DNA of 64,000 nucleotides, taken from assembly GCA_051362555.1 (NCBI GenBank), contig CM120643.1:17922848-17986847 (forward strand). The letters run 5' to 3'. The notes below the pieces were generated by a model. It made no database searches. It saw only the letters and a list, made by a program, of their open reading frames with translations, and was not told the DNA's origin. Both the position numbers and the translations under genes were made by a program. This stretch comes from Lingula anatina. Taxonomy: Eukaryota > Animalia > Brachiopoda. Of this stretch, positions 23,801 through 37,453 are shown in pieces. Position 1 is the first letter of the stretch; each line of letters starts with the position of its first letter.

Positions 23801-26037
23801 GATTTGGTGACTGTCCACGATTTCCAGGGGTCATTGCAGTCACGCAAGCCCATTCATAGCCTGACGGTGACCACAGACTGGCCACAAACTGACCACAGCT
23901 TTCCCACCTTCAGCATTATATCAAGTCTTCTTGAATCATTTCTAAGGGGAATGAAAACACATAACACATAAATCAGTTTCATTCATTAAGAAATGTGAGA
24001 GGTGAGGCAATGTGATAAGCAAGCTGTGCAGATCAAGGCCAAAAAGAATAGAGTAGATAAACAGTTTTAATGTATATACATTGGGATGGTGGTGGTGAGG
24101 GGGAGGGGGGGGGGGGGGGAGCTAGACATGACACTCAACAACAACATTTATCTTATAACATTTGCACCAGGTGAATCAAATGAAAAGTACACATCTGATA
24201 AATAATACAAAGGGGTGGAATGGAAATGAGCTTTTTAATGTGACTAAATATGAATTAAATGCAAAGAAACTGCCTTTCATATGTTGACAATCAAGAGATG
24301 ACAAGATCAACTTAAAAAGTTGGACACAGCAGTCTTAATTAAAAGATCTTAATTAAAAGATACATCGAGAAAACATGCTAGATATAATTAAACATTCTCC
24401 TGAAATAGTACAACAGTTGGGTCGGCACAAAATTCCCTAGAATAATAAAATCCCCAATTATTAACAACATCTTAATCTTTTTCTGATATCCAAAATATGA
24501 CAAAGGTGCTCCACTTCAAAATCCACATGTCACCTAAAGATAAATAAACACTTATTAACTATGACACATCTTAACAACGTCCATTAATAAAAGCTTAGTG
24601 ATGGAGACACCTCTCCCACAAAAACTGATCACGGACAAAAGGAAATATCACTTGACATAATCCATTGGAGGAAACTGTGGTTAGATCAAAGGAAATAAAT
24701 GAGTCAATCATTCACTTACTATCACTGGAATATAGGCAGATATTGAAATCAACCTTTATTGGTGTGTTTACACTATGCCATCTGGAGCAATCATAACATT
24801 CCAACATCTTTAGACTGGTGTGCACCAAACACGCACCTAGAGCTGACCAGATTTTCCATAGTGTAAATTTGATTTTACTCAAATACTGCAATCAACCCTG
24901 GCATGTAAACTTGCCATATTCATCAGTGGTTGGCTGTACAAACAAAAGCCCCGTGTTTGGAGAATCTTGTTTACTCTTATTTCTATAATTACACTTAATA
25001 GGTGTCCTAAACTTGGCTTCAACATTCTATTATTACCTTGTTATAGGGACAAAAAAAGGAAGAAAAAACTGTTAAAATAACCAGAGATTCCTCTCCTTTG
25101 CTTTACCATCTAACTACTGTTGATCAGTTTAGTGAAAAAAAGACTATCAAAATAATCAAAGCCACCAAAATTTGGCATGAGCAACTTTATGGCTGCATAA
25201 TTTGACAAAAAGAGAAGCTAATTAAAATAATTCAAGGATAAATTTGGCCAAGAAAAATAAACTTGTCATGAAGATTTAATGTTCAGGTGAAACCGTATCC
25301 CCAAATCACTGTTGAAGAGGTGCTGATCTCAGTTAGTTTTGTTTTCTATCCAAAACATCTCAAAACCTTGTTTGGAGTTCAGCAAACTTTGGGATAAAAT
25401 TCAGTTAACAGCTTTTGCTTTAATGAATCTCTGTAATACATCACAGTGTATAGGAGGAGGGGGGAGGGGGGATGTGGAAGATGAAGGCTATTTAGCACTT
25501 GTTAAAATTGCTATAATTCAATTTTGTTTGTGGAATAAAATTTCAAATCATTAACTAGTAAATATATTTCATGTTATGATAGATATTATCACTTGTATAT
25601 CTTACTAGCATCAGAGAATACACTATCCAACTTTTCCATCTGATAAAATGTAGTAAAAAAAACACTAAAAATAAAAAAGATACACAAAACCATCTGAATA
25701 ACGCAGAAAGAAAAACATTTTCACACCTTTGGCTCAGATACCACCACAAGCCTCCAAATAATCCCTCCCAGACCGACAACAATCTCAGGATGAAAGAGCA
25801 AAGGAGTAGAAATAGAAATACCACCAACAGGTTAAAAATCCGTGTTGGCTCTCCAACCATGGCTAGACGAAGATTAGACTGCAACTTCTCTGTCCTTGAC
25901 ACCTGCTCTGACATTTTGAATACTCCATCTACGAAATACTTTTTTTTTCATTACAGGCCAAATTTTTCGAGCAAGGAAAACTAGCATGCTATTTGTGCCA
26001 AACACACACATTTTTTTCTTTTTCCTTAATTTGTCCT

Positions 26038-26090
<53 letters not shown>

Positions 26091-29000
26091 GTGGGGAAGG
26101 GTCTCTGATATCATCCATCAAACCAAGTCTAACCATCCCTACCAGACTGAAAGGCATGTGACGAAGACAGGGAAGAAGACCTGGCAGCAACACCAGCAGG
26201 TATAGGGCATTGCTGCCATTACCCTGGGGCAGCTGAGAGGGCCATTTGTAAGGGGGGAGGGGGGGGGAGAGAGAAAGAGAGAGAGAACCACAAAAACAAC
26301 TGAGGAAGGAAAGTCAGTAAAAGTGAGGCACTCAAAGATGAGCATAACTTTAACAAAGATGATATGACAAAACTAGTCTTAACACTTCTCTTTCTCTCTC
26401 TCTCTGACATTGCCGTAGACACACCTCTAGACTGACATGCACTCTGCACATCTTACAAACCTAACTGGCATACAATCAAGTCAGTCAAGTCCATAAATAA
26501 GACCCCGCGGCTGCATTTTGTTACAAGCTCTTTTGTAGATGTCAAATAAATGAGATTATAAATTTAGAAAGCGGGGTTCGTGACGGGAAGCAATTCCATT
26601 TATCAGACAATGTCCTCAAGAGGTATATTGCAGGAACATAATAGTCCAGACAAACTTGTTTTCAGATTAGATCAATATAAATAAACTACCTGTAATTGCC
26701 TGCCGCACTAAAATTGCACATTTTCTCCTTTCCTCTTTCATTGATGATCTACAAAATGTTATTCTGTATTCTAAACTTTAAATTTTGGTGACATGTTGTC
26801 ACATTTTTCTTTCTTAGAAGAATCTGAACAACAAATCAATTTGATGCTCTCACATCATGTCAATTTTAATTTTCAAATGAGTTTAGCAAAAGATATCACA
26901 TTCTCAAATACATATATTCAGATGTCATAAACTGCCTTTTTTAAAAACAAATTTGGAAGAAAGTCAACACCCTCTAAACACATATCTGAAACAAAAGCAT
27001 ACAACATAAATCTGACATACAGTTACAGCCAAACTTGAAGTCTTTCAATTCATTTTGTTAAAAACCTTTCCTCCCTCTTTTTGACTTTTCTCTTTGTGTG
27101 AAAAGTACAGAGATTGATTTCAATGTGCCAAATTAGTTACAGCGAAAAAAATTAAGTTGCAGACAGCGCCAAAATAACACCTCTGCCAAAAGTTATCACT
27201 TTGTCTATTGCCATCACTTGCCAAGTTTTCAAACTAAGCTAATTTGGGAGCCAAGGTAAAGGAGATTGAGATACATTAATCATCCCCCAGCCCCACTAAA
27301 ACAGGAAAATATCAGTTAAGATGAATTCACACAGTTGGAGATTTAGAGCGGGACATGCTTCAGTGGCCTGATAATCTGATCCCACTTCGGTCCTGTTTGA
27401 TGTTGAGTGAACAGATCATTTTTTTAAAGAGTTGATTGAAATGAGTACCTGGTTGATTTTTACAACATGCTGTAGGTTCAACACATTTCAAGGAAATACT
27501 CCTCCCTCCCCCAAGCCTCCCATGAAAAAAAAAAAATCTGTTGCAAAATGGGATTGCAAAGAAGCTGATCCATGTAAAAGGCCTCCTTATTTCTCCATTA
27601 AAACATGAAAAGAGATGCACCACGTGCATGCATTTCACAGGTGAAAAGGTAATATTTTCTACACGGAATTAATGATAGGCAGGTGAATCACAGGTAACTC
27701 TAGGGAGTCTCAGGTATGAATCAGCTCCCTTTGCTCTGTTTACTGTTTGGTTTCCAGAATCACTTTCCATTGCCTAAACACACAGGCACAACTTCCATGT
27801 ATACAGTGTGAAATTGCTCACACTCCCTTTCTACAACTAAGGCCAAGTCCAGCACTGTGTATATCAAAATCTGTTTTAGTCTTACAAAAGGAAATAGACA
27901 GCCTTTTTTCATCTTTCCTTCCTACTTCAAGTTTCGCTGTCAAAACAATAGGGAGGGAGAGGGGTGGTAACTGAGGGATGATATAAGATAGACCCCAAGG
28001 GAGACCCTGGGAAATCCACTCAAAATATCCACTTCCTGAAGTCAGCCCGACAATGTTTTACTCGAAATGGTGTAGAACACAGCCTTATATGGAAAAGTCA
28101 ACTTTGAGCATTTCAGGTGTAAAGGTATTATGGAGCCATGTGAGAAAATGTGGGATTTCCACACACAGCTGAAAACACACGTGTGAACATATTCATTCAC
28201 ATACAGATGCCTGCAAATACACATTAGCACAGGTTCTTGATATATATCCCAGTAAATATATATAAACACACACACACACACATGCACAAGCACATAAATG
28301 CACATGCACTTGTCAATTAAGACTAGCACATTTCTGCTTTGGTGATAAGGGGTCCGTTTTTTCATCAGATCTTGACGTAAAAAGATGGTCTTAACATTCA
28401 GATCCAATAATTGAGATCTACAGCAATACCAAACAAACTTGCAGTAGTCCATAATATCTGCTGGTCTAAAATGTAAGCCATTTCTTCCCTCTATAAAACA
28501 AAGGTAATATTTATTCTACATGGATTTCATTTGATCTATCTCAAGTCCAAACAGATAAATAAATCTTGGTCCAGAAGCTAAGACCATCATTTGTTCTAAA
28601 CTTCCCCGACACAAACAAAAAAGCACACATCTCCAGCACATACAAGAACCACAACTTACCTTATCAGGTAAAACATCCCAACTCCTTCTGTTCCACTGTG
28701 TCTGCTGCTGTGTCTCTTCCTTCCCCTTCTGGCTGGGTGGAGCATCGTATATACTTGATTCCTGCATCCCCATCAAGGGTTTAAGTCTATTCCCGGGGGC
28801 AATCCCCTGCTTGCCTCTGAGTCCACAAAGCCACCAGCCCTCCAAACCATTGGTGTCCTTCTCCAGAATGGTGAGAACATCTCCCCTGCGGAACGCTAGC
28901 TCCTCTGGTGTCTCGGCAATGTTGTCGTACAAAGCTTTGGCCAGACAATGCTGTAAGTATAAAATTATGGAATCTTTCATCTAAATTTTTTAAGGGGGGG

Positions 29001-30315
29001 GGGGGGGGAGGGGGGGGTGGAATGGATGGAAAGAGAAGTGAATGTGAATCTAATGAAAAGATCTCAGAGAGAATGAATTCAAAATTATTTTCAAAATCTC
29101 TATCTAGGAACAAAGAAGATTTAAGAAAACCTTTTCCTAATCTTGGTCATTAAATTCTAAAATTTTTAACACACCTTCAAAGCTTCTCTATGAAACAAAC
29201 AGAAGCAGAAATATATAGCACGACTTTTTTTTCAAATTAAGCTTTTACTCCATTTATAAAAGAAAGTTGTTGACAATATAGGAGATTTGGATTTAATTCT
29301 GACTAATGGACAATAATAAGGGATTTGCCACCATTTGATAGACAGCTGTCTATTTTGCCTTTTGCAGCTGATAGACAGTAGACCACCCTGTCATTAGCAG
29401 AGGAAAATGTCACACAGAGTGTTGAAATATGACCCCAAAGTACTGCAGAAAATGTCAGAGATTTGATACAGAATATGTAAGACAGAGATGAGTTCATTAT
29501 TTAACACTGTTTTTGTGATCTCAATAGAATTGTCTTGACATTTTAAAGTCCCACATCTGCCTATTAAGGTGTCTTTTTGCATGAAAGCTGATATCTTCAA
29601 TAATCCTGGATTAGTTCTCTCTTTTTTTTTCTGAGAAAGTACATGCAAGTTAATTTGTACGTGAGAAGCAAAGCCTTAAGGCATTTTCTAAATCATCTGA
29701 TAACAAATAATTGAGTATTATTTTCATTATTATTTTTTTTATTTAATATCTATTTATTCTCTTTTTTCTATTACATCTTATTTTCTTTATTCATTCAATG
29801 AATCATTCATTTTGTAAAACTGACCAATCTCACCAGCCAGTTAAGAAATAACCAAACAAATAATGCCTTTGTATCCAAACTATTCCCTGTTTTGACCAGA
29901 TACATTTTATCATTAGAAAATAAGTTATACCACAGTTATACCATCATGAAACATCTGTAAATCTCCCATCAAAAGCCCTACACACAGCCATTCATCTTAA
30001 AGTACATTTGAGGTAAATGACATGCACAAATACTACTGGAAATATCTCCACTAAATCATCCCTCCTGAAAAAAGTCAATGTGAACTGAAGCGTGGGACAG
30101 TATGCCTGCTCGTTGCAGATACCATTTTCTTATTGATTTTTTTCCTGCCCAGTATCTTGTCGATTGGGCAGAAAAAAATACACAGTAATTGCATCATGTC
30201 ATATGGAATTAGCAGCAATGTAAGGCTTATGTTAGACAGCACCATTTACGGATGACTCAACACATAAATGTAATTGCTTTTACATTGATGCACTTCAATA
30301 TATTTCATGGCTTCC

Positions 30316-30363
<48 letters not shown>

Positions 30364-33300
30364 ATATCATAATTTTTATGCAAATGCATACCCTTAAGGA
30401 ACACTACTCAGCACGTTCTTTCATCCCCATAAAAATTATCTAAAATCTCTAAATGACTGCCAATGGCGTGACAATGTCCAGAAGCGGACAGTTAGTGGCC
30501 GGAAGCTAGAAAATAAAGTGGTCATTATGTCTTCAACGGACATGACCTCTCCCTAAAGACATGCCACTGACCGCTGTCCATCTATGGCCACGTTCACACT
30601 GAGACGAACTTAAAACATAGACTTTTATAGCAAGTTAAGACTCTAGATAGTTTAAAAATTACTATAAGTTTTCACAGGGATCTTCACTGTGTTTCAATTT
30701 TTAGGCCAATATCTTTAAGCCTAGTCTTAGCCAAAATATTACACAAATATAGTTCCCTAATTACTGGTTGGTATCAATTTAGTCAATGTCGAATCCAAGT
30801 TAATTCTTAAAGTGAACAAGGCCAGAAAAGTAATAACTCCACCACGTCACACATGGATAAACCAGCCACTATCACAATGTCATCTTAGGTAACATCAACC
30901 ACATCAAACACCTCCAGAACTATACCTTAGACTACCTCTCTTCTCCCTGTACCAGTACCCTGTGTCCCCTACCACCCATCCCTGTCCTCCCCCTGCCTCT
31001 TATCACAATATCATCTGATGTTATCTGTGCTTGTATGTCATGTAATACAGGGTGTGGACTTTAGAGGAGGATGAGATTCATGCAGTGCAGAGTAATGTTA
31101 CATGAAAAATATGTGAGTAATGCCCATGATTGTTTATTTAAAGGGTGTAAATGTGATTTAAATATTGTCAATACAGTTGGGATTTGTGTAAACTTCGTGG
31201 GATGATGGTGATGATAATGACGTATGTGTGCATGTGTGTGTTTGTGTGCACACATGTGCACATCCATGTGTCAGTACCGTATATACTTCAATAAAAGAGC
31301 CTGGATGACTGTGCAGTAATCTGTGTTTTTTGTCATCCCTTGTCATTATAGCCACTCTTGAAAAAAAAAAATCTTCAACTTTTTGCAATGTTTTTACCAG
31401 GGTTGTGTTAGTCCTAATCCATCCCTTGTCTCTCTGTCACAGTCAAACCCTGGTTATCAAACGAACTGTTGTCCCCTAGCAATTCATGACTTGGTGACCA
31501 TTCCAAGAAATCTTGTAATAGAATAAGCCTTGGTATTACTCAGAAAAATATTGGTTCATCAAGTATTCTCGAGTCAATTTTGACCCAAGTCAAATACCAT
31601 TTGTCAAGCCCAGTCAAATGAGAAAATCGGGACTGATTCACAAAAAAAGTAAGCCATGGCTTATGTTCGAGGCTGATAGAACTTCCAGAAGACTGCTATA
31701 TAGATGTAATATTCTAGACTAAAATAATCCAAAAAGACCAACATTATCTGTCTCAAAGGAAAGACCAACCTTTGACTTCAATTATTTCGTATTCTGTGAA
31801 TACGGAGTTCAGGTCTCAACCCTGTCAGATCACATATAATGCTTCAGGCGAACAAGTTTCACTGAGCTGGTTCTCAGTTTCAAAACCTTTCATCAATTTG
31901 ATACTGCTTATTAGCATCCTCTGCCCATTCATCCAGTAACTGCAGGCCCGTAGCCAGCAGTTTCAAAAGGGGGGTTCTTTTTCTGAAGAAGTGGACCTTT
32001 TCCCATAAAAACGTCATGTACCTAGATCAAATTTTACCCAGAGTGGACCTTTTCTCAGCAAAAGGGGCGGTTCTTTCGAAACCCCCCCCCCCCCAACCCC
32101 CCTGGCTATGGGCCTGAACTGTTCTTGTAATTATTAAACTCTATATAACCTACCAAGGCTATCATTTAATTTGCAATACTACATATTTAAGTCTATAACT
32201 GCATATATAAAGGTGATGTAAGGATTTTTCAGAAATGCAGTAAACCCCAAGACAAATTTAACAATCTTGGGGTATCTATTACACTTGCATTAAAGGAGCA
32301 TCACAAAGCACAAAAGAAAATGTCTACTAACAAGAACTAAATGAAACATTCAAACAACTAGTCTACCCTTAAATTTTAAACCTCATCTCAGTTTTTATTC
32401 TCTTTTCTTTTATTTCACTTAATTTAGTTTCATTCAAGCTTACCTCATTTTGTTTCATTATATTTGAACTTATTTATCTTTTGTGACAGTAAGGTGTGTC
32501 AGTTCAACTAAACAAGTTCCAATTTGGTCCCAAAATCTGGATCACGAGTTACATAATCATCACTGACAACAAACACAATCAAGACACCTGTAGATATCAA
32601 ATATTGGTGGCCATATGCGTTATTTGTCGCATATTCACATAGCATGGTTTTCCTGACATTTTAATTCACTCTTATCAGAGGTTATCACTGATGTTATTTG
32701 CCACAGCAGTCAAATGTATACATATCAGTATCAGCCACTTACAAATGTCTCCTTACTATTTCACACCAGCTATTTGGCTCTTATGCTCTTACTGTCGGTT
32801 CAACAAAATAAATTCTCAAGCTGAATGAACCCAGTTAAGGCATCTCCATCAGGTGTATCATGCACTCTCGTACTGCAGCAGTTTCTTCAAAACAACAGAT
32901 TGTTAAGTTGTTTGCACACCTTTATTTACAGAAGATGGCTAGATAGATAACCAAATATTGTAGTATAAAGAAACCCAAACTTTAGCTGTTGTTTTGAAGA
33001 AATCATTAAAATAATTTAATATATGAACAATTGTTATCTGATCAGACCAGTATACACTGTATATACTAGTACTTGTTAAACAAACACATATGTTTCCTGC
33101 TATTTTTAATTCTCCCTTATCAGTGCATATCAAACAGGGACAGGATGGCTTGACCGATTAAACTTTTACTGCACAACGTTGGCTGTGAACAACTACGGTG
33201 GAATGGCCTACATTAATATTAGGACCAATATCAGTATCATCACTGAATTACTGTAGTGACAGAAAGAGATACTAACTAACCCTAATGAATGCAATCTTAC

Positions 33301-35310
33301 CTTTTGATTCTTGACAGATTTTACACTTTGGATATGAATTCTATCTGGTGGAATTTAGAATTGCGCTCTACGGAAATCCAAGTTTCTTTCAACTTTCTTT
33401 CTCAAACACACACACACACACACACAAACACACATCTGTTTCCTCCACGTTTCCCTTTTCCATCCTTCGATGCCTTCTATCACTTGCATTTTTTCTGCAT
33501 ATAATGGTTAACTTTAAATGTCTACTAGCTAAGTATATTAATATCTTACCTTTACTGTCATTTTCCAAATGTCTCTGTTTTGTTACTCTGTATTACTTTG
33601 TATACACAAGTTAACACTATGGTAATCTAAATACAGCTGTTATCCCCGACGTTACACTGAGATGTACTTAATGCTCCACATTTTGAGAAGGTCCCCGAAA
33701 ATATCTGCTGCATAGGAAGTAGTGTCAGACAAATCCGGCTGGTGGTCAAAAAATGGTCACTGTGGTCAAAACAGCTATCTCTGGACAAAAAATGGTGTTT
33801 CTGACATATATCCGTTGCGTCTTTTAAACAGGTTAGCTTCCTTCCTGTTTTCTGTGGATTATCTTATAACTGTGATATATCTTAATCCAGTCACTGTGGT
33901 TCTCTGTATCAGATCAGCATGATGCAGCTAGGCTCCACTTTTGTCATACTTCTTTTCAGTCCCTCACACCTTTGCCTTTCTAACAGTGCGAATACCTCAG
34001 TTCTACTGACCCTAAAATGTCTCTCACCTGACACAAAAAAGACTTGACTTTGACTTTGTAGAGGAGTTCTAAGGATTGGGGATTCCAACTTGTATTATTT
34101 CAGAAGGGAAGTTTTTTAATTGGTTGGATCTCCTACACATTCCATAAGGATATTGTATATCATTCAAAAATGGTAAAAATCAGGAACTTTTCTCACAACT
34201 TGGGGACCTGCTGCAGATTCAAATAGAACATGGTAACACCATTCAGAAAAAGGTGAAGATCACAATATTGTCAGTTAGTTTTTTTTTTTCACAGTGCTTA
34301 TGAATCAAGTCTTCTACACATCCAAACAGATCAAGTCAATATCGATATAACTGAAAATTCTCTCTAAACTCTCAGTTCTCACTCATTTATCACAGAGACC
34401 CAATCTTCAAAGTATCCAAATATTTCAAAACCATTCCTCAACAGTGAAAAAAATGTGAAGAGTTTTCCATTCAGTCTTTGTTGTCCACATCTGAGCCTCT
34501 CTTTCCTATATCCCTATGAGCAGCACGGCTCACACTGTTATTAAGCGATAAAACTCATGTAGCATCCCACACCTAATGTTGTAGGTTCCGAATTGTCTGA
34601 AGGCGCCCGTCTCTCTTTTATATACACATCACACTACTGAACTCAATTCCACAAGTGATTACAAGTGGTTCTTTCCACTAGGCTAGTCTTCTTCTAACTG
34701 ACACTGTACGATTACACGCTGACACATATAAAAATTGTGAATCACCGACCAAAAGGAACACCACTGAGATGTGTGCTCAGCCACCCCTTCTTAAACTGGG
34801 TCACAAAAAATGTCTGGAGTTTAATTCCACGCATTCTTATGTTAATGCGTTGGCCTCCCTCAAGTGGTAGGACTGAGGTTTATAATATAGGGACATTAAA
34901 TATCCATGTTGTCAGGCCCCATTTAGATATGCTAGGACCCTGTACTAGTAGCTGCTTTTGTTGTTAAGTTCAATATCCATGGTAAACCATTTCATCAAAA
35001 GGAAGGCCCTGACTGAGTACATGTAGTCCTAAGAAAAACCTACTTCCTTATTTATAAAAATCTTGGCAGGAATTTTAATTGAAATTGTTTTTATTGCAAT
35101 TGTTTATCACTTGACAAAATATCTACAAGCCCCCCCCCCCCAATCAACTGACCATGCATGTCACACTGGAAGTTAATGAGCTAATACTGAAGTCTTCGCC
35201 AAATGATTGGATTACCTTACCAATCCAGTTTACTTATCCTTATCCTCTTAACTGGTTTCTTCATTTCCCCTCTTTTAGTTTACAGCATTTTAAAATTCTT
35301 CTAAGCATGA

Positions 35311-35396
<86 letters not shown>

Positions 35397-37422
35397 CTAC
35401 CTTCAACTTACATCCAAGTTGTTCTCTTTTACAATTCATACTTTTTAGTGCTTGTAAGCAATGTCATAAATTCGTCCTTTTATCACAAGGTCCTTAAAAG
35501 TCTCACTCTCTGACTTTCCCTTTCATTATGCTCTACCGATAATTTTTTTGTTTTAACCTTCTTGGAAGAAGCTATATTTGTCATGAATCAAGTGATTTTG
35601 GGAACAAGTGTGTGACTGCACGTAGCTGATATTTGGAGTATGAATTTACAATGGGGTGTTTATCAACATCTGATCATAAATTAAAACAATTAATGCCCAC
35701 ATTTTCTATTTGGGTAACATTTACAGCAGAAACACCAGAGGTCAGTTTAAAAAAAAATTAAAACTGTAGCCTAAATTTTTTTCTTAACTTTTAGACAAAA
35801 CTTGAATTATCTTTGGTTAAAATTCAACTGAAGGCAGTCCACTGTCTGAAATTTAGCAGTGGTCAGAAACATAAGCCATGTCTTTCTTGAGATGAAAAGG
35901 TGTACATAATATTTAATATTTATAACTGAACTACAATTTAAAATTTCTGGCTTTAAGTTTAGACCAATCTTAGGGCTAAAGTTCTTAAACTATGAAACAG
36001 GCCCCAGTCTTTTAGTCCAAACAGGAGAGGGAGTTAGCCTTTTTCTTGCTAAAACATGTGTTAACATTAGTCACTCTGTGTAATAATCCTTGAGAACACT
36101 GCTGTTAGTGTATATATCCTCTCCCTGATAATCTATTCCATCTCAGTGCCTTATTCTAAGTTACAAGAAATTGAAACCAACCCAGTTGTCTTAAAGTAAG
36201 TAGTCTGTATTTCACTTACCCTTCTGCATTGGATATTTAATGGAAAAGACTGCGCTGCATTTAGCAGATTTTTCAAAAGTTGAGGTCATATTTAATTGGT
36301 TGAATATGACCACATATTAAAGGTGGTCAATAATTTCTTTACGCTGAATGTTACTATTATTATACCACTATAAACATTAAGATATATGTGCATTTTCGTG
36401 AGATTCATTTGATGCAAACTTCAAGAAATGAAAACATGCCTATATCATAATGTGTCAATTTCATTTTTCAGGCAACTTAACTGATAATCCCTTAATTCAG
36501 ATGAATTCATATTCTTCTTATCAAGAGATATTGAAGTTAAAGCTCTAATATTTCTGAAGCTTCAAGCCAATTTTATCATGGAGAAACTGCTCTTATCAAA
36601 AATATTATTTATTCATATTTTAACATTGACTGGGACCCGTTGACTAAATATATTTATAACTAATGCAAATGAAGCTGTTCTCTCATATATTCTAATTCAT
36701 TCAAAATCTCATAAAATTAGGGCCAACATTTACATATTCATCAACAATGAATCAGATATTAATCATACATTTCTGATTGACCAGGTTCCTAACTAGAAGA
36801 ATAATCCCAAATTCTTTTGTTTACCATCTTTGATAAAATTTTATTCAAGAAGGGAGAAAATCCAATAATGGCAAAACATCTCATTTATCAGGGCCACACT
36901 TCATTAGGTATCTCATCGTAATTATGTGTATTTAATTACCAGAGAGGTTCTTAGGATTAATTATAGATTAATGATATGTGCATCATGCAACCCTTCCAAG
37001 CTTGTGAATATATCCATAATGATCCTGTCTCTTAAATGAAAAGAGTCTTCTTGTCCTGTTAATGTATTCGGGATCATTCACCAGCATAATATATTATCTC
37101 ACTTAGCAAAATGAATGTGTTCTCTATTGATTTCCTTGGGACAGTATATGAGAAATCTGAACAGAGTAACTTTTCGTCAGGACAACATTTATTAACGTCA
37201 GAGCGAAAAATGTAATTTTTCAATTTCCTTCTTAATCACTTCTTTCTTATTTGTGAAGATAACACGGTAATTTTGCTGTCCTTAGAGACTTGTTAATTTC
37301 TCATGTTCCTTTCTTTTGTTCATTTCTCGAAGATGTCAGTTGCATGTTCTTGTTGATTTCATGTTCTTGTTCATTTCCCATCTGTTCCATTTCACCTCTC
37401 TCATTCATCTGATATTCTCTCT

Positions 37423-37453
<31 letters not shown>

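Noticed and set aside
25555-25914. 119-aa minus-strand ORF with a hydrophobic stretch in a BCAR1 intron
   Set aside because: The hydrophobicity follows from T-rich sequence. I found no phase-0 donor to join it to BCAR1 and recognised no homology.
31440-31600. cagtcaaacc, a Tc1/mariner-like terminus
   Set aside because: No matching opposite TIR or TA target duplication found.
33295-33400. Strong minus-strand donor AAG|GTAAG at 33301 as a BCAR1 alternative first exon
   Set aside because: No in-frame ATG after the nearest upstream stop, so it cannot be supported without transcript data.
36215-36270. Minus-strand donor AGG|GTAAGT with a nearby ATG
   Set aside because: The ATG gives phase 1, which is incompatible with the phase-0 SH3 exon.
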